DNA of 64,000 nucleotides from an uncultured Candidatus Saccharibacteria bacterium (lineage in GTDB: Bacteria; Patescibacteriota; Saccharimonadia; Saccharimonadales; Saccharimonadaceae). Positions 60,375-64,000 of this stretch are shown one piece after another. Made by a program: the position numbers and the translations under genes. The notes beneath the pieces are model-generated. The model saw only the letters and a program-made list of their open reading frames with translations. It did no database searches and was not told the DNA's origin. The stretch is from NCBI GenBank assembly GCA_947305705.1, contig CAMZEB010000003.1, forward strand, positions 2,599 to 66,598, given 5' to 3'. The stretch's first letter is position 1. Each line of letters begins with the position of its first letter.

Positions 60375-61055
60375 TTATTTTATCGTTGCGCGCACGATGA
60401 TTATAGAATTGAATGTTTCGCTACTTTCGTTTGCACGCCGCGCCGTAATAAGAGCGAGGGTTTCCTTGTCGTCAATGCGCGTTTGGGCGATTGGAAGCTT
60501 GTTTTTGGCTTCGTTTTTGTCGATTATCATAATTTCGCGTACGGAATACGTGAATAGTTCGCCGTCGCCTCTAGCAATCTTGATTTCGTCGCCTTTTTCT
60601 AGGCTGTCAAGATTTGCAAATGCGCCGTGCGTCGTAGTACCTTCGCTTATGCCGCTCATCAAGATATTACCGCCCTGTCCTGGATTGCTGGAGCCAGAAT
60701 ACCACATGACGTCATAGATGTTGTCTGGAACAGGCATTGTATATTCGTTGACACTACTTTCTTTGACTCGCGCCTTGATTTTTAGCCTTGAAATCTCGAG
60801 ATAGCGTGGACTTGTTGTATATACCTGATATTTGCTAACTTCTTCGTCAGTTGGCTTATCTTCGCTTGGGTTCTTCGCGTCGCTTAATTCTGTGATGACA
60901 GTTTGTTGCGGATTGCGAGTTTCTGCGCTTTTATTGCGGTAGTAGCTGTGCTCCCAGAAGAACACTTTGAGTAGGCAAATTAGCAATATGGCAAGCAATA
61001 GATAGCCGATTATACTTGCTATCCGATTTGCTCTGCGATCTATCTTTAAGCCCAT
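60375..61055 (-). CDS. membrane-anchored sortase-fold protein lacking the catalytic His/Cys/Arg
   Basis: N-terminal TM helix. GQGGNILMSG...THGAFANLDSLEKGDEI...FTYSV...TLALITARR aligns by eye to class E-type sortases, with TLxTC read as TLALITA. Confidence 0.6.
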   Translation of the reverse strand: MGLKIDRRANRIASIIGYLLLAILLICLLKVFFWEHSYYRNKSAETRNPQQTVITELSDAKNPSEDKPTDEEVSKYQVYTTSPRYLEISRLKIKARVKESSVNEYTMPVPDNIYDVMWYSGSSNPGQGGNILMSGISEGTTTHGAFANLDSLEKGDEIKIARGDGELFTYSVREIMIIDKNEAKNKLPIAQTRIDDKETLALITARRANESSETFNSIIIVRATIK

Positions 61056-61068
61056 CCTTCTAAGTTTC

Positions 61069-62478
61069 CTATTGATAATCGTCGTAAGTAACCATCAATG
61101 CGCGAGAGTTGATTTGGCGAATATTCTCGAGTGCTACGGTCACAACGATGAGAAGCCCAGTACCGGAAATCGAAAGGCCGAGTGGGTATCCTAACGTCTG
61201 AATAAAGATATAGTCGGTAATATACGGCAACATCGCAATCAAGCCGAGTGCGAGCGAACCAAATAGGTTGAGGCGATTCACGGTGCGACTAAAGTAGCGC
61301 TCCGTTGTTTTGCCTGGACGAACGCCTTCAATGAAGCCACCTTGCTTCTGAAGGTTTTCGGCGATTTCTTGCGAGTTAAAGACGATGCTCGTATAGAAGT
61401 AGGTAAACATTACGACGAGAACGAAATAGACAATTGGATAAATGAAATCTGTGCCTTGGAGACCATCAAATTGCGATGGATTACCGTTTGGTGCTGAGAA
61501 CCACGTAACGAGGTTGTTGCCAATTTCGCTAGTTGGGTCAGCGTTTTGGACTAATTGACCAATAAATGCCGGAACGGAAAGGAATGCAACTGCGAAGATG
61601 ACCGGAACGACGCCCGCTGCAATTAACTTGATAGGCATAATAGATTTGATGCCGCCATAGGCAGAATTGCCGTGGACACGCTTTGCGTAGTTAATTGTAA
61701 CGATACGTTGCGCTTCGTTTATCTTGACCAGGAAGTATAGGACTATGATTAGGCCGATTCCGAGTGCCAGCATAATTCCTGCCATCTGTGGGTTGATTGG
61801 CAAATTTAGCCATCCAAAGAGGCTGAGACTGCCATCGGTCGTGTCGAACAATTGGTTAAGCATTGAGGCGAACGTTGATGGGAAGGACGCAATAATACTA
61901 CAAAGAATTATTGTTGAAGTACCATTTCCGATGCCCTGCTCGGAAATCAATTCACCTAGCCACATGAGGAGGGCGGAGCCTGCCGTCATAGCAGTTACTG
62001 CGAGAATCCAGTTTTCGGTAGTCATCGTAACTGTGCCGGTCGACGACTCTGTAACAACACTTTGGAATAAGATGAAAATATATGCAATAGACTGAAGAAC
62101 TGCTAGAGGTACAGATGCAATACGGGTCCATTGGTTTATCTTGCGGCGGCCAGTTTCACCATCTTTGCTGAGCTCTTCCATCCTTGGGATGGCTTTCGTA
62201 AGAAGCTGCATAACGATAGAGGCGGTGATGTACGGCGAAAGACCAACGAGAATAATAGACAAATTCGTAAGGCCACCACCGGAAATAAGATTAATAAATC
62301 CACCGAGATCCGTACTATTAACAAGCTTATCGACTGCCTGTTTGAACGTCTGAGTGTCACCTAGCGGGACTGGAATGTGTGCGAGAATGCGGTAAGCCAC
62401 AAGAATACCAAGCACGGCAAGAAGACGTTTGCGCATGTCCTTGTTCTTGAAAGACTTAAAAATTGTCTTAAAATTCAT
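61069..62478 (-). CDS. secY: preprotein translocase subunit SecY
   Basis: 10-TM SecY sequence and operon position. Confidence 0.95.
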   Translation of the reverse strand: MNFKTIFKSFKNKDMRKRLLAVLGILVAYRILAHIPVPLGDTQTFKQAVDKLVNSTDLGGFINLISGGGLTNLSIILVGLSPYITASIVMQLLTKAIPRMEELSKDGETGRRKINQWTRIASVPLAVLQSIAYIFILFQSVVTESSTGTVTMTTENWILAVTAMTAGSALLMWLGELISEQGIGNGTSTIILCSIIASFPSTFASMLNQLFDTTDGSLSLFGWLNLPINPQMAGIMLALGIGLIIVLYFLVKINEAQRIVTINYAKRVHGNSAYGGIKSIMPIKLIAAGVVPVIFAVAFLSVPAFIGQLVQNADPTSEIGNNLVTWFSAPNGNPSQFDGLQGTDFIYPIVYFVLVVMFTYFYTSIVFNSQEIAENLQKQGGFIEGVRPGKTTERYFSRTVNRLNLFGSLALGLIAMLPYITDYIFIQTLGYPLGLSISGTGLLIVVTVALENIRQINSRALMVTYDDYQ

Positions 62479-62566
62479 GATACCTCTTATTTAACTCTTA
62501 TTATAATAACACGATTTTTCGCCATATACTAGAAAATACTGAACAAAGATACCGTGAATTGTTATT

Positions 62567-63994
62567 TTAGCGACGCTTGAGATTCGCGACGACGGCTAGA
62601 CCGCCAAATGATGCGCCTAGTAGCATTAATTGAGCGATAATATCATCTGCGGTCGCTGGGTTTGCGATTGGCTTGATGACATACATACCGTTTTCGGTTT
62701 CGTCAGGCTCAGTATAGCCGTCAGCAATAAACTTCTCTGGCACGCGAAGACTATATCGGCCGCCTTTTGCGAATTTGTTGATGATATCTTCGTTTTCGAT
62801 GTTAAATATTGCCGCGTCATCAGAGGTGTCGGTCGAGGTAAATTCTGGATCTGAGTCGGCGCAGGCTTCGTTGATTGTAAGGGAAATTTTGCTAATATCT
62901 TCTATTTCGTTTCCTTGCGCATTTGCTTCATTGACTGGCACGAATCCAGATAATTTGCCGCCACAAATCGTAACGCTAATTGCTTGTTTTGAATTGTGCT
63001 GAACAATTGCAACAGCCGCACCTTCTGTGGTAGCGCCATTACTATTTGCAGTTACTTTATACTCATCGGCAGTTGCTGTGATTGTGCCACCTTTGACCTC
63101 GAGGTTGCCCGAGCGAATCTCGATGCCGGTCTTGCCAGTGAGCGTACCGCCGTTGATTGTCGTCTTGCCATCTACGGCTGGAGCATATATCGCCGCACCA
63201 TTTGCGGAAGTAATCGTGCCGTCATTGACAATTATCTCGGCGTTGGCGCCATAATCTTTGTTCGATGGGTCATTAATGCCATTTGTAGCGATGCCATAGC
63301 TATTAGTTGCGATTGCGCCACCATTCATTATGAATTTACTATTCGCAAACACTGCAACGCCGATCATATCTGAAGTTACTTCGCCGTCATTGAATATAAA
63401 TTCTGAACCGTCATCCGAAACATTAATCGGAGCAACTGCTTTATTATCCGATGAAGAACATTCAACAACTGCACTGCCGCCGTTCATCGTAAAAGAAGAG
63501 CCGCCATTAACATAGATCGTACCGCCGTGCGCACAATCATAGCTCATGACCGTGCCGCCATTCATAGTTAGTTTTCCTTTTTTGAGGAACTGAATCGTGC
63601 TGTAGTCGTTTTCGATTTTGCCGGCGTTTATTGTGAGGTCGCCGTCTGTGGTGGTATAGCTAATAATAAGTACCGAGACATTGTTTATTTCGCCATTTTT
63701 ATCACTCGAGGTGTCGTCAATCGTAACTGTCGACTCTACGTCAATCATTTTCCACGCTGCGTTTAGTTTATGGCCATTCAAATCCAAGGTCATCGGCTTT
63801 TCGAACTTAATGCCACTGGTCATTGAGAAATTTGCCATCAACTTTGCATCATTGCCATCCGCTATCGCTGTTTTTAGACTCGCGAAGTCGGAAACTTCCA
63901 CTTCTTCCGCATATGCATTCGTCGTTAAGAATGCCGTTGCTACGAATGCGGCAAAAATCGCAACAGCGCATACTTTCTTGGCATAATTAGCCAT
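62567..63994 (-). CDS. secreted beta-helix surface protein with C-terminal sorting-signal-like tail
   Basis: Signal peptide ...TTNAYA, repeated NGG.(I/V).. rungs, and tail NPATADDIIAQLMLLGASFGGLAVVANLKRR. Confidence 0.6.
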   Translation of the reverse strand: MANYAKKVCAVAIFAAFVATAFLTTNAYAEEVEVSDFASLKTAIADGNDAKLMANFSMTSGIKFEKPMTLDLNGHKLNAAWKMIDVESTVTIDDTSSDKNGEINNVSVLIISYTTTDGDLTINAGKIENDYSTIQFLKKGKLTMNGGTVMSYDCAHGGTIYVNGGSSFTMNGGSAVVECSSSDNKAVAPINVSDDGSEFIFNDGEVTSDMIGVAVFANSKFIMNGGAIATNSYGIATNGINDPSNKDYGANAEIIVNDGTITSANGAAIYAPAVDGKTTINGGTLTGKTGIEIRSGNLEVKGGTITATADEYKVTANSNGATTEGAAVAIVQHNSKQAISVTICGGKLSGFVPVNEANAQGNEIEDISKISLTINEACADSDPEFTSTDTSDDAAIFNIENEDIINKFAKGGRYSLRVPEKFIADGYTEPDETENGMYVIKPIANPATADDIIAQLMLLGASFGGLAVVANLKRR

Positions 63995-64000
63995 AATTAA

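Noticed and set aside
60330-61068. Absence of adk and map between secY and infA, as evidence that the organism lacks these genes.
   Set aside because: Only this window is visible, and both genes may be encoded elsewhere. The synteny break is reported, not a gene loss.
1-64000. Prophage, IS element, integron or CRISPR content.
   Set aside because: I recognised no integrase, transposase, terminal inverted repeats, cas genes or repeat-spacer arrays anywhere in the window.

Overview
The window is a gene-dense chromosomal segment that reads cleanly in the standard genetic code, with most genes on the minus strand. I support about 70 protein genes, 5 tRNAs (Ala-UGC, Phe-GAA, Tyr-GUA, Thr-UGU, Ala-GGC) and no rRNA, CRISPR array, transposase or integrase.

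Core genes:
- A ribosomal/alpha operon: secY, a sortase-like gene, infA, rpmJ, rpsM, rpsK, rpsD, rpoA, rplQ, rplM, rpsI.
- rplJ-rplL, and a dnaX-dnaB-(membrane protein)-ybaB-recR block.
- hisS, trpS, glyA, the tdk-tmk-ung salvage cluster, rlmH, rluD and prmC.

Envelope and surface genes are of the Gram-positive type:
- murT-gatD, a CapA-like protein, an LCP protein, a Wzz/BY-kinase with a CpsB phosphatase, a secreted cutinase-like hydrolase and three beta-helix surface proteins.
- One of the beta-helix proteins is a 2152-aa giant with 19 Listeria-Bacteroides-type (Flg_new) repeats.

Gene content and compaction suggest a small-genome, surface-attached bacterium with a Gram-positive-like envelope, possibly Saccharibacteria/CPR-like. 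That is inference only.

Most interesting observations:
1. A tight DMT / 6-TM / VTC-domain / DUF4956 / CotH-kinase operon with no assigned bacterial function that I know of.
2. A complete LPXTG-like sorting signal, followed by a signal-peptide-like helix, buried at residues 168-226 of the giant adhesin.
3. A sortase-fold protein lacking the His/Cys/Arg catalytic residues, located between secY and infA where adk-map usually sit.
4. A recurrent TGnTAtAAT-N6-ATG arrangement at about 10 genes, implying leaderless mRNAs.
5. Loss of the structural zinc-binding cysteines in RecR, L36, DnaX and MurT.
6. A 770-bp ORF-free interval holding a start-less 84-codon frame and unexplained promoter and hairpin signals.
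7. A membrane-anchored HNH nuclease next to a tRNA.

All family assignments come from motif recognition by eye. No database search was run.
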